Of a DNA stretch of 64,000 bases, positions 1 through 11,196 are shown in pieces. Each line of letters starts with the position of its first letter. Positions within the stretch are counted from its first letter, which is position 1. The position numbers and the translations under genes are program-made. The notes beneath the pieces were generated by a model that was given only the letters and a program-made list of their open reading frames with translations, made no database searches and had not been told where the DNA came from. Source of the DNA: Nageia nagi (Eukaryota; Plantae; Pinophyta); contig JBITNC010000001.1 in NCBI GenBank assembly GCA_050084985.1, positions 153,202,001-153,266,000 on the forward strand, given 5' to 3'.

Positions 1-415
1 TGGTTCTAGATGAGTCTCCTTTTTTGACTCCTACCTAAAGGAAAGTTACCTTGGTCATCACCTCCAAGTGTAACTGGCTCTATGGTTTCAAGTGCATTAT
101 GTCGGTGATTACAAAGAAGTAAGAATTAACGGTTGGTAGTGACATCCAACTCGTTAATGTTCAATTATTCCTTAAGGCCTTATGAAATGCATTTAAACAA
201 GTAAGATACATTTATGCATACTACCCTCCCAAACATTCATGTCCATTTACTTATTTTATCTTAGTGTGATATAATCAAAAGTTTCTTTTAAGTGAGTCTT
301 GACCTTAATAAACCCCGTTATTCTTTTTAATTAAAATGTGATTCATTATCCAACCTCTTAATGATGTTCATTAACCCCTTACAGCTGTGGAAGTATTATG
401 TGTAATAAATTCCTT

Positions 416-1066
416 CTTCTTATTAGTCACATATCTCTTCGACCTCCAATGGAGTGGTAAGAGCAGACTAGGTAAGAAGCCGTTAAGTGTAGATAAATTA
501 GTTAAGTGAGATTCAATTACTCCTCCAAGAGTCACATATCCCTTCGACCTCCAATGGAGTGGTAAGGGTAGACATCTTTAAGAGTGTTAATGTGAAGTAT
601 ATTTCCAGATAAGATGTGAATAAATTTGACCTCTTTCACTTAACTTATTTCTGATCACTTAAGATCGCTTGAAGCGCAAAAGTGAGAGCATACTTTGTTA
701 AGTGAAAGTACTTAATGTATTCGAATCCCTCCAATTCATTAACCTTTTAATATGATTTATACTACCCAAAAATCGATTCATTTACCTTAGGTTCATTCCA
801 AATTAAGTGTAATTCATTCACTCCTTCCAATAGTGGAAGTATTAAGTGTAGTAAATTACTTCCTCTTACTAATCACGTATCCCTTCGACCTCCATTGGAG
901 TGGTAAGGGCAGACTTGGTAAGAGGTCATTATGTGTGGATGAATTAACCAAATTAATGATAATGTGAATGTGAAAGAAAAGAAAAATTAATTACTCCTTA
1001 TCCGGTCTATTCTGGTCACCTTAGGTCGCACGAAGCGCAAAGGGAGAGCATAAGTAGACAAGATAA
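416..1066 (-). repeat. Array of five 50-75 nt hairpin modules (type A at 416-479, 527-578, 862-925; type B at 633-708, 998-1066) in the retroelement leader
   Basis: Type A core YCTTCGACCTCCAWTGGAGTGGTAAGRG; type B core TCACYT..CGC-N5-GCG..AAGKGAGAGCATA. Outer stems differ in sequence between copies but remain complementary. Confidence 0.8.
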
Positions 1067-1493
1067 AAAGTATTAATGTGTATATAACCTTAACCCAAAA
1101 GAATAAAAACAAACAACATTATTTATAACATACATTAAATAAAAATGCATTTAAAGTTTTGCTACCCATTTTCTACATGCACTCTGAGAAAAGAGATCAC
1201 ACAAAATTTTACTGACTGTCATTTTAAATGCCTATTTACATTTACTATTTTTACGTCAGATTAGAAAACATACCCATTTTACAGAGATCGTTGATGATTT
1301 TACAGTGATCGTTGGCAATTTAGGTACGATCATCGACGATCCTAAAAACCAGAAAATAAAAACAAAACAACAAATCAAACAGATTAAGTTAGTTTCTGAT
1401 TCCACAGGATGCAAATAGATTTGAAAAATATAATCAAAACAATATGTAATTGATCCTATTTTTTGCTTCAATTCACTAAATGCATGCAAGGGG

Positions 1494-1510
1494 CCCTCCT
1501 TCTAGCGCCA
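1494..1510 (-). promoter_or_regulatory. Primer-binding site complementary to the 3' end of tRNA-Asn
   Basis: Plus strand CCCTCCTTCTAGCGCCA matches the plant cytosolic tRNA-Asn(GTT) 3' end plus CCA as I recall it; it lies 3 nt from the LTR end. Confidence 0.8.
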
Positions 1511-1513
1511 GAT

Positions 1514-2650
1514 TGTGTATACTAAATTGTGCACCTAAAATGTAATTTAGTCAGATAAATCATTCAATATAATAAATTAGAACACATTCAATATTACACA
1601 TCAATACTAATGTAGATATTATATCCGAAAGAAGATTTTGATGAGATTTAATAAAATAAGAGACTGTTATCAATCTGCATGAATCAGGATCAATTTATTG
1701 TCGATCGACAACGATCTTATGGATCGGCAATGATATACTTAGGGATTGGCAGCGATCAATGGTCTCTTGCTATTATAGTGCTTGTTGTAAACTTTCAGCT
1801 TTTGTCATCGATCTGAGAAATCATCGTCAATTGATCTTCAAATCGTCGATGATTTATGGCGTTATAATAAACTTTTTGCAAAATTTTGAAATATTTTGTA
1901 TCACTTCTTGGTTGTTCTCCTTCACACTTGTTTCTATCATCTTTTTCCTGTATTGACCCTACACACAGAAAACAAACAAAACATCAAAGCATACCTGCTA
2001 ATACATATAAATTAGAAATAAACAATGTAATATAAAATATACTTGATGGTAGATTTTTCTATTGGTCAAACCTCAAATCTTCGCTTACAAACTTCTGGCT
2101 TAATTTCTACAGAGCTTCGCTATATTAAATTCAGGTCCCTTTGTTCACATACAGAGCTTGTATTTATAAGCTCAAAAGTTTGTTATTAATTTGTTTTACC
2201 GTCATAAGATTCCAGGTAACCTTCCGTGTGAAATCTTGAGGTGTTATTATCTCCAATCCACATCCATAACTCTAAACTATGCGTACTAGGCTATTCTGGG
2301 CTTAAATTTGTTAGCTTTTGAATTATTCAAGGATCGTCAACGATCCTAGAGGATCGTCAACGATCCTAGAGGATCGTCAATGATTGTAGTAGATCATCCA
2401 CGATTTTTTAGTACATTTTATACTAATATTGGAGTGATCACCCAACAGTCATTTTTAATGAAAAGAGGTCGTATGACCACCCGTTTTGCATCTATTCGAA
2501 AAGATCTATCTAATAATAGCATTTTAAAGCTTGATTGAAGCTTGTATAATAAGTTATAATCATTTTAATGTGATATATGTTAGAAATATACTTATTTTAT
2601 TTATTTATATGTTGTTAAACTAAATGTAGGATTTATTTTGAGTGTCTACA
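1514..2650 (-). repeat. 5' LTR (~1.14 kb) of the Tat-like element
   Basis: TG...CA termini with imperfect inverted ends (TGTGTATACTAAA / TGTAGACACTCAAA); minus-strand TATA (CTTATAAATA) at 2161-2170; adjacent PBS. Confidence 0.7.
2331..2405. repeat. 20-bp tandem repeat (GGATCGTCAACGATCCTAGA, 2 perfect + 2 degenerate copies) in the LTR U3
   Basis: Directly visible; the core GGATCGTCAACGATCC is a near-perfect palindrome. Confidence 0.9.
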
Positions 2651-4039
2651 CTTTCATAAAATTCTTATAAGCTAGGAAAAGTGAAATTCTTACCAAGTGC
2701 ATCCATAGTAGAAAGGAATGTAGATGTAAAAATCTGAAAAGGTCCTCTAAATTTGGAAAGAATGAGATACACACAATCTTTGTATTCCTTCTTTTTACCA
2801 CTTTCTTTGAATTATGTGAGAAGCTCCTTGAATTTGGTGATATAGTCAACAATTGTAGAAAAATCATCATGTGAAAGTGCTATGAGTTTTGCTTCAAGTT
2901 GCATAGACCTTATGTGATCAACCTTACCAAATAATTTTTCAAGTTTTTCCATACATTCAAAAGGGGTTTTTCATCCATCCAAGTGAAACCAAATACTTTC
3001 ACTTATATTCATGCTAATTTTTCCCACTGCCTCATACAATTTCCCTTTATTCATAAAAACCTCATAATATTTAGTAAATATGGGTTATTTTTCTTCAATA
3101 AGATAAGAAATTTGATGAAATTAAAAAATACTCAATTTCATTAATAACTAAAATGTAGAACTTTATATAGAGACTTTGGGCAAACCATGAAACCAAATGA
3201 GATCGTTCAAGTACTCATTTTGAAGCTAATGTGATGAAAAAAGATATGAAACTATTAGTTCTAGAAAATGGAGTCTTGTGAAGGAGTAGTCTCAAAAAAT
3301 GTGATTGCTATGTAGGCTTTCAAATTTTTAATAAACCAAATATTAAAACCCTTGTAACTTTTGTATTTTAGTTTGAATTTACATGATCCAAAAATAAAAA
3401 ATCTTCTACTCAAAAAAAGGGAATTTTAATATGGAATTGGAATCCAAATTTGATATTATAAAACAAAAAATATTAAGAACAAATCACATGAATGTGCATC
3501 CAAAAATTGAATGCCCGATAAGAAAGCATGCCAAGGAAGTAGAGAAGTTCCAAAGGTTCAATCAACAAATGAGCAACCTCACAAAAACAAGAGCACACTA
3601 GTGTATGTAGACTAGAGAGATACCAAAGAACTCACCCAAAAAAACTTGAATTAGAAGTAAGAATTTCAAAGGTTATGAACACTTGCAAATTTGATTAACT
3701 CTGATAACATGAAGAGAATGATGGCTAAGAAGGCAAAATAATTATTCACCCAAGATCATAGAATTTGCATAGCATCATTAAAAGTAATGAAAAGAAGCTA
3801 AAGACTGATTAAATTTATCCATAGAAGCACCATAAATAAATAGGAATGGTGTATATAAAGAACATCCTTGAGAAATAACAAGAATTTATTAATGACTCCA
3901 AATATACTAGGAAGAGGAAGAAAAAAGATACCTAATATCCTAGTAATACTTAAGTAGGAAATAAATACCTAAGAAAAATAAATAAACTCTGATAGTACTC
4001 ATAATTTTATTAGTATATATGTATCAATGAAATTGAAAC

Positions 4040-5222
4040 TATATTTCCATCAAGTAGAAATATTTAATGTATTAGTTGCATTAATGGTTAGAAAGAAAAA
4101 TGTATGTAGGGAAGGTTTCCAATGTAAGGCTTACATTGGATAATTTTATATGGAGAATAATAATGTATAACATGGATTTAGATGAAGTTGATGTTATTTT
4201 TAGTTCTACATGGATGGCTCAATTAGGAGATATTACCATTAACTTTCAAAATTTACATGTGCAATGAACCAAACTTGAAAACAAATTAAACTCCTAAGTA
4301 TTGCTATTATATCTAGAAGTAGTGGTAAGCTCACACCAAATAGGAAAACTTACAAAGATAAGATGAGGAGTTATAAAGGAAATATTTTCAATGGAGATCA
4401 AGAAAAATATAAAATAATTAGGTAAAAATACAAAAGAAAAATGATAAGTATGAAAAGATATTTTAGGAACTAAAACAAATCCTCCAAATTAGAATTCATG
4501 ATCATCCAATCAAATTATTTTTTAGAATTCATCCATATAACATTACTCCATATAGATATACTCAACCAAAAAAAATAGATTGAAAAGTTGGTGCCAAAAA
4601 TGTTGAGTGATGTGAATTCAGTTGCAAGAGACCAACAAAATAAACTCAAATCACATAAATGTATTATAATGGAAGAAACCTACAAATTCATCATACTTAT
4701 CCAAGAGAATAAAATCCTTCATATATCAACAAAAAAAACTAAATAAATCCTTGAAATCACTCTAAATGTCTTTTTTTCTAAAAATAGCTAAAAATCCAAA
4801 TCAATCAGATTTCACCCAAAATTTGCATGTGCATCATTGTTACAACAATCAATCTTAATTCAAAATATTGGGACTCAAATAATAGTATAACAAAATATAT
4901 TAAAGATCTAACATGCTAAAAATACTAAAAATATGGAGAACATAAAGTAAAAGGTTATTTTAGGACTCTATATAGAGGACTTAAGTATCAAAAAATATGC
5001 TTTTTGAAGGTTCTAGCAAATTTCAAGGCAACAACATTTTAAATTTCAAGGAAAATGGGAAAAATGATCAAAAGTTATGGCTTTGGCAAGGTACATCAAT
5101 GAGAAAGGTATAATTCATTCTAGTATCAATCTGTATTCTTCACCAATTATGAAGGTAAAAAATAAGGGTGAATCATGGAGGATGTATCTAAAATTTACTA
5201 ACCTTAATAAATCCACAATTAT
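4040..5222 (+). pseudogene. Decayed Ty3/gypsy pol fragments (aspartic protease C-terminal part and RT N-terminus)
   Basis: Translated remnants NVRLTL..MDLDEVDVI..TWMAQLGDITINFQNL (protease), NITPYRYTQ..IEKLVPKML (~4540-4606) and GIIHSSINLYSSPIMKVKNKGESWRM..LNKSTI (~5107-5220); many stops and frameshifts. Confidence 0.65.
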
Positions 5223-5224
5223 AT

Positions 5225-8200
5225 TGTTGAATATTTTTAGTGACTCCTAGGATTAATCTAAGTAGTGAATATATTAAAACATTAATATGTGATAATGTAT
5301 TAACTTCGTTATTAACTAGGATAGCATGGATAAATAGTAACAAATAATAACTTATAAAAATAATCTAAATATAAATGATTCTAACAATGAATGAAAAATC
5401 TAGACTAATTGACTAAGATAATAAACACACTAATGATATTGAAGTCAAGTGAATGAGAAATACTTATAAACCTTACCTGGGTGACAAAGATTATATAAAG
5501 ACAAGAGATTGTTTGGGATATAGAACTTGGTATGTGAATCCCCATAGAGCACAATAGACTAAAATAATAGTGTTGTAATCCATAGGAATGCTAATGCTAG
5601 ATCTTGAATAGTAACACTAATGTGTATAATAGTATGAATTCTAAGTAGCTAATGGAATAGAGTTTACAACCAAGATACAAAACACAATAGATAATCAACA
5701 CATCAAGCCAAACATATAATTATAAAATTTAGAATAATTTATATGCTCAGGCTCTAACAAAATCCCAATTTCAATAAGTGAAAATGATAAACATTGAAAC
5801 TTTGAAGTGGTACTAGCTATCAATATTAAAATCTTGATAACTTTACCTACAATAATACTTACACTTATATATGCAAGACAACCTCCATTTTCCCTTAAGG
5901 AATGCTAGCACTGATGTTGGGGTACCTAGCATATAAAATAATAATATTGCATGAGCAAGGACAAAGAAAAATTTGATAGTTCCTTGATTTTGTTGTAGAG
6001 CCATATGATCATAAAAGGTTTATGATGTATGTTTCCCTCTCTTTTCCTTGATTATGGAATGGAGTGGATTTCCATTTAATGAGAACAACCAAGAGAAAAT
6101 AATAATATGAAAAAGAGAGATATAAAATACCACCTTACAAACATATATGTGATAATAAACCCTTAAAGATATAGTAGTAAAAGTGAGAGAAATAATCATC
6201 ATAATTGCATGATATAATCATGGTAGTTCACTTAATTTCCTATTCATGGATAAGAATTATCATAGTGAAACCAAGCATCCCATTCATGGATTCATACATA
6301 ACATTTCATCATAAAATATATAGCAATAAAAAGAAAGGATAAAATTAATATTATATGTATACATCTTCATGAAAGAACCAAATATCATATTCCTGAATAA
6401 AATATCATCATAGAAATATATAATTCCTCATTCATGGATACACACATATTATCATAAAAACTATCATGGTGAGGGTTAGTTTAAACCCAACTAAAAAATA
6501 TGCTAAACTCAAATGAGAGTCACACCATCATGGAAGCAACAAGTTGTGCTATTCATGGGAGCACATCATTGTGGAAGCAAAGGATGCCCCATTTGTGGAT
6601 GTATCAAATGATAAAGTTATAAATACCTAACCCAAAGGGTTTTCATATTCCAATATATGGGATTTCATCAATGTCTTCCTAGCAAAGAAATATAATAATG
6701 AAGCCAAACAATATGATAAATACCCATTCCAAAGGCTTTTCATATTCTAATATATGAGATTTTTTCAATGTGTTCCTAGTAAAAACATAGATAAACAAAA
6801 GCCAAAAAAGGTGATAAATTCCCAACCCAAAGATTTTTTATATTCCCAAAAATATAGATTATAAATCCATCATAATGATGGTTATTTATTGTCCACTTAA
6901 CAAGGATATGGTCATTTTTCTAAAAAAAATCATATTTCCAAATAATTTTATCAAAATAACATCTTGATAATAATCATAGAAATTTTTATGTAAGAAAAAG
7001 TAATATAAAGAGGATTAAATGATAAAAAATATTCTTGAAAATGCTTATGAAGATGTGCCTAGTTCTTGTATCCATTATCTAGGTCTAATACATACATGAA
7101 TGACCCAACATTGATGCCTACATAGTTGCTAGTTTTAACCATATAATTTTAAATGATAATAAAATTATGCTTTTTCAATGATAATTTTTGTTTCTCATGC
7201 CTTTACCATTATCTGAACTAAAAATTACCTTTAAATCATAATTCCCATTTCTTACTACCAAAATCTGGTACTAATCACCTAATTGCTCATATATAATTTT
7301 TTATAATATGCATATCTCATATATGGTCAATCTAGAATCCATTTTTAACAATAACCTATATATAATATCATTGACATTAGGATCATCTTTGACACATAAG
7401 GAAGCATTTCCTAGAGCTAAATTACAAATGAACTTTGTAAATTCAAGCGATAAGCATGTTTTGCATTTACAACACTAATTTTTTAGAAATTAAATATTTT
7501 TCTCAATCAATATCATAAATTTTAAAGAGTATCTCAGTTATTGTATCCTAAGTTCATGTTTAAATAGGTTTAATTGGTTATCATTTATCATTATCACCTA
7601 TAGCAAAGTTTGAACGAAGAGGATAGTGATTATGAATAGTGTGACTATAGTTCAATGGAGGTATACCCATTCCATTTGTGTTATTTTTCATTTGATTTTT
7701 TTACCCTAGTCAACAATATGGTTAAGTGTTTTGTGAAATATATAAAGATCAAATAATAAGGTAATCACTAGGTGTGTTTATTTTGCAACAATCAAGTAGG
7801 CATCTACATCATGTGTGCATAGGTGCCCTTATTGAGAACTTGAAAATTCCTACAATTACAATCAACCATGGAGAAGTTGTGTGACCTTTGTGCCTATGGA
7901 ATTTGATGGCTCTTCCCTTATTTCACTTGATGTACCTATGGCTTGGATTGTTACAACCTAAGATTTGCATGCATATTTTAGCATCCAAAGCAAGATCTCA
8001 CTGTCTTTTGGATTAGTACTACAAGCTATGGATTAAAAAGAGAGCAATGGCTCCTATAACATAATCAAAAGGTTATGGGATGCTTGATAGGGTTAATAAG
8101 GGTTGTTTAAGGACCACATATGAAGATGGGAGGAACACCTCTTCCTATGGATTTTATTGAGGGATTCTTTGTCGTTCTACCCTAATCCATGAATCTCAAA

Positions 8201-8300
8201 ATTTCTATAAGACTAGCGAGATAAGCAATACAATTATCACAAGACATTTCTTTTTGGGCTCCAGAGAATATGTTATGTCTATAGGTGTAATCTTTTGGAA
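5225..8300 (-). mobile_element. Highly decayed Ty1/copia-type element (putative LTR 5225-5759; protease remnant ~7170-7360)
   Basis: TGTTG...TAACA block followed by a decayed PPT-like tract; minus-strand KWILD.. remnant resembling the copia protease WILDSG motif. Boundaries are approximate. Confidence 0.4.
6618..6860. repeat. ~98-bp degenerate tandem repeat, about 2.5 copies
   Basis: ATAAATWCCYAWYCCAAAGG.TTTTCATATTC recurs at ~6619, ~6716 and ~6814. Confidence 0.75.
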
Positions 8301-8308
8301 GAGACAAC

Positions 8309-9211
8309 TGGTAAGTGTAAGAAGATGAATCTCACTTTTGGCTAAAAAGTGGAAGTATTTTCCCTAATTTTTAGGTTTCTCATACTTTATCTCAAAATTT
8401 GAAGCACTTAGAGTCCAATTCTTGGAAAAGGTCACCAAGTAAAAATGTAGTTATCAAAGTCTAGTTTTCAAATATGTAATTTATTCTAATACCTAGATGA
8501 TAGAAATTAATATTTAATAGGCATATTTAAAAGCCATTATCTAAAAAATAGAGTTTTAGGACCATACCTCCATTGTGTCTAATACCTAAGAGACTAAGTA
8601 TTGTGGAGGATATTTTTTGTAATTTTTTCATGAATATTTTTTTTTTATTAACCATGATTACCATTTCAAAACTTACTTGTGTGTGATAAGCATAATTTGA
8701 CCTAATCTTATCATTTTTAATTTGTTTTTTTAATCTTATGAAGAATTGTATATAGATTGTGCACATATATTATTTTTTTACAATTCCAGAAAAAAAAAGT
8801 TATTAAACAAATACAAAACCCACTATTTAAAAAATACAATTTTAGGAGCATACCTACTGTGTCTGTCAAGCATAATTGGATAAAAAATAAAATATTTTTT
8901 TAAATCATTTTTCTTAAACATACCTAAGACACTAAAGATTATGGAGGATTGTTTTTGTATTTTTTTAGGAATATTTTATTTTTTATTGGCCTTGATTATC
9001 GATTCAAAATATGCTCGTATTTGATAAACATAATTTGAATAGAACTTATATTTTTTAATTTATTTTTTATTTAACTTATGAAGAATTGTATGTAGATTGG
9101 GCACATATTTTTTTACATAATTCCAAAAAAGTAAAAAGTTATTAAACAAATACAAAAACCTAGTAGTTCATATGAATTCCTCCAAAATGGGACTCATCTT
9201 CTTCCTCATTC
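8309..9211 (+). mobile_element. Non-autonomous DNA transposon / MITE-like element with terminal inverted repeats and an internal ~240-bp direct duplication
   Basis: Left end GGTAAGTGTAAGAAGATGAATCTCACTTTTGG vs reverse complement of right end GAATGAGGAAGAAGATGAGTCCCATTTTGG; internal repeat ~8581-8821 vs ~8919-9160; a second copy lies inverted at 44681-45217. Confidence 0.65.
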
Positions 9212-10539
9212 TTGGGTAAGAGGCCTAAAAGGAACTTAATATTCTCTATCTATCATTGAATATGGAACTATGATGGTAATATTTTAATGGCTTTAGAGTC
9301 TATATTACAAAATAAAATTTCATTCAAGCCTTCCTTAGGGTTTTAAAGAAGAGATTAGTTTCTAGAGGTGTAATATTTCAGAGGTGTTTGACCAAGAGGT
9401 ATGAAAGCAAGTATATTATTTTAATAATTCCCTTTTGTATTTACTTCACCAATATTTTAGAATAATTTTGTTACCAATATGTTTCAATGGGGAGTACCTC
9501 TAAGGTTTCTAAGGAAAAGGGCATCATCTTAAGGTGTAATCATTTGGTGGTGAGATGAAGAGTGCCATCTCCATAGGTTTGGTTTGGGTAGGAGGTATGA
9601 AAGGTACTACCTGATCATTAGCTAATTCTTAGTTTGTTGTCCTTAATGATTCCTTTTTTTTTAGTAGCAATAAGACTATCAAAGCTAAAGGCATGAATAC
9701 TAAGAGATAACTCTAGATGGTTGGACACTTATTGAAGGTAAGATAATCAGAGATGACATAGATGGATGAATACTCAAAGGATAATCATAGAAGGCAACAC
9801 TCAAGTATTTTTGTTACATATGTTATCATCAAATAACTGATAACTTTGTGTTGAATGGAAACTTTGTTTACCAATAACTGATAACTATGTATTATTTTGG
9901 GAACCTCATCCCAGCACTAGAAATGATGTGTAGGATACCATAGTTAGTTGATATATCAATCGTATATCCTATATTTTTTTATAAAAAATATTTTTGGACC
10001 CTATATAAAAAACCAATCTTAATATAATTTTACTATTGACAAAAAAATAATCAAGTAGCAACTCATGTGATAAGTACCCTAATCTTTGAATTTCAAGTTT
10101 TGATATGATTTGTATGTAATTTAGTCAAGTTACTTATAAAATAGATTAAGGGAATCCTAGGGTTTGCTTTATGGATAGGGCTTTCAATTTGAAGTGTTTA
10201 TCTTATTTTATTTTGTGTAAGACTATGATTTTATACCTTAATGTTTTCACCAGTTGCCCCTAGTGTTTATGGGTAAAGAAAGCAAAAGACTTTGTGTGGG
10301 CACTAGTATAGGCACCAGTGCTAGCTTAGCAATTGAGTTGTGATATTGATATAGTGTCTTTAATGTTTCTTGAATATCATATGTGGTTGTAAATTTTTTT
10401 ACAAAAGCTTTACCTTTTGTATTTGTAAGAAATGTAAAATATAACACTAACACATACCTTCTTCCATGTTGTTGTAATGCTAGAAAATTCTTATGAAGCT
10501 TGAGTAGAGGCTAAAAAAAGTTGGGTAAAGGCAAAAATA

Positions 10540-10835
10540 TTATACACAAAACTAACCATAAAAGAGATTTGCCTAATAAAAAATGTTCAGATGGGTTATT
10601 TATTTTAGGTTCTATATGTACAAATTGACAAATATATGCTTAAAAGGTTGGAGAGATTGTCAAAAAATAAAAATATATTTCATTTACCCATAAAAGAGGT
10701 GACTATAATTATAAAGGATATTCATAGTATTATTCATGTACCTTTTAAAGAGAGGCCCATATACATCCAATTGGGTATGAATATGAGATAGCAAGGAGAG
10801 CTAGCTACATGGCTCATAGGGATGACATAACATCA
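10540..10835 (+). pseudogene. Plant mobile domain (PMD, MAIN/MAIL-type) ORF remnant, N-terminal part
   Basis: KYMLKRLERLSKNKNIFHLPIKEVTIIIKDIHSIIHVPFKER matches the PMD motif L.ALVERW..ET.TFHLP.GE.TITL.DV..IL.LP..G; it is cut at the Athila-like LTR. Confidence 0.7.
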
Positions 10836-11196
10836 TGTTAGCAGGAGAGAATTTTATTATGTATATCAATTGAATTTAACTAATAGTTATCAAATGAATA
10901 CTAATGGTTCAATAATCTACTTGAAAGGACATGAATCCTTTACTTACCAAATGGGGCTAATAAGAGGAGAAATAAGGATAGAGAGGAAGAGTGTGAGAGA
11001 GAGTGAGTGAGTGTATGTGAGATCCATTAGTATGATCGTTATATCATTGTAACTAATCTTATTATTGTTAATTAAAGGATTGACCCTCTATTCTTATATT
11101 TGATTATTTTTCTTTGCTTTTTGTTCTTCTCTTCCATTTATCTATTGATTCTCAATTATAGATAAGAACCCTAATGATCAAATTGATTGATCAATA
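10836..11196 (+). repeat. 5' LTR of the Athila-like element
   Basis: Aligns with 40112-40465 (shared CTAATAAGAGGAGAA, GAGTGAGTGAGTGTATGTGAGA and TATATCATTGTAACTAATCT blocks); the 3' end is approximate. Confidence 0.75.

Larger units (their letters stand above)
1..2650 (-). mobile_element. 5' part of a Ty3/gypsy (Tat-like) LTR retrotransposon: 5' LTR, PBS and long structured leader; continues beyond the left edge of the window
   Basis: Minus strand reads LTR (TGTAGACACTCAAA ... ACA), 3-nt spacer, PBS TGGCGCTAGAAGGAGGG, then >1.4 kb without an obvious ORF. CpGs are better retained than in neighbouring relics. Tat assignment is inferred from the PBS type and the long leader. Confidence 0.75.

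Noticed and set aside
416-1066. Leader repeats as a CRISPR array or a known ribozyme (hammerhead, hairpin, twister)
   Set aside because: Eukaryotic TE context, irregular spacing and no cas genes. CTGATCA is not the hammerhead CUGANGA core, and the AGAA/GUC and GUAU resemblances to the hairpin ribozyme are partial and wrongly paired.
1494-1510. tRNA-Asn gene
   Set aside because: Only the 3' 17 nt including CCA are present, adjacent to an LTR; this is a PBS.
9230-9935. Decayed Athila-type LTR/PBS junction on the minus strand (CATCA-TTTCTAGTGCTGGG)
   Set aside because: Too degenerate, and no partner LTR was found, so it is not called as a feature.
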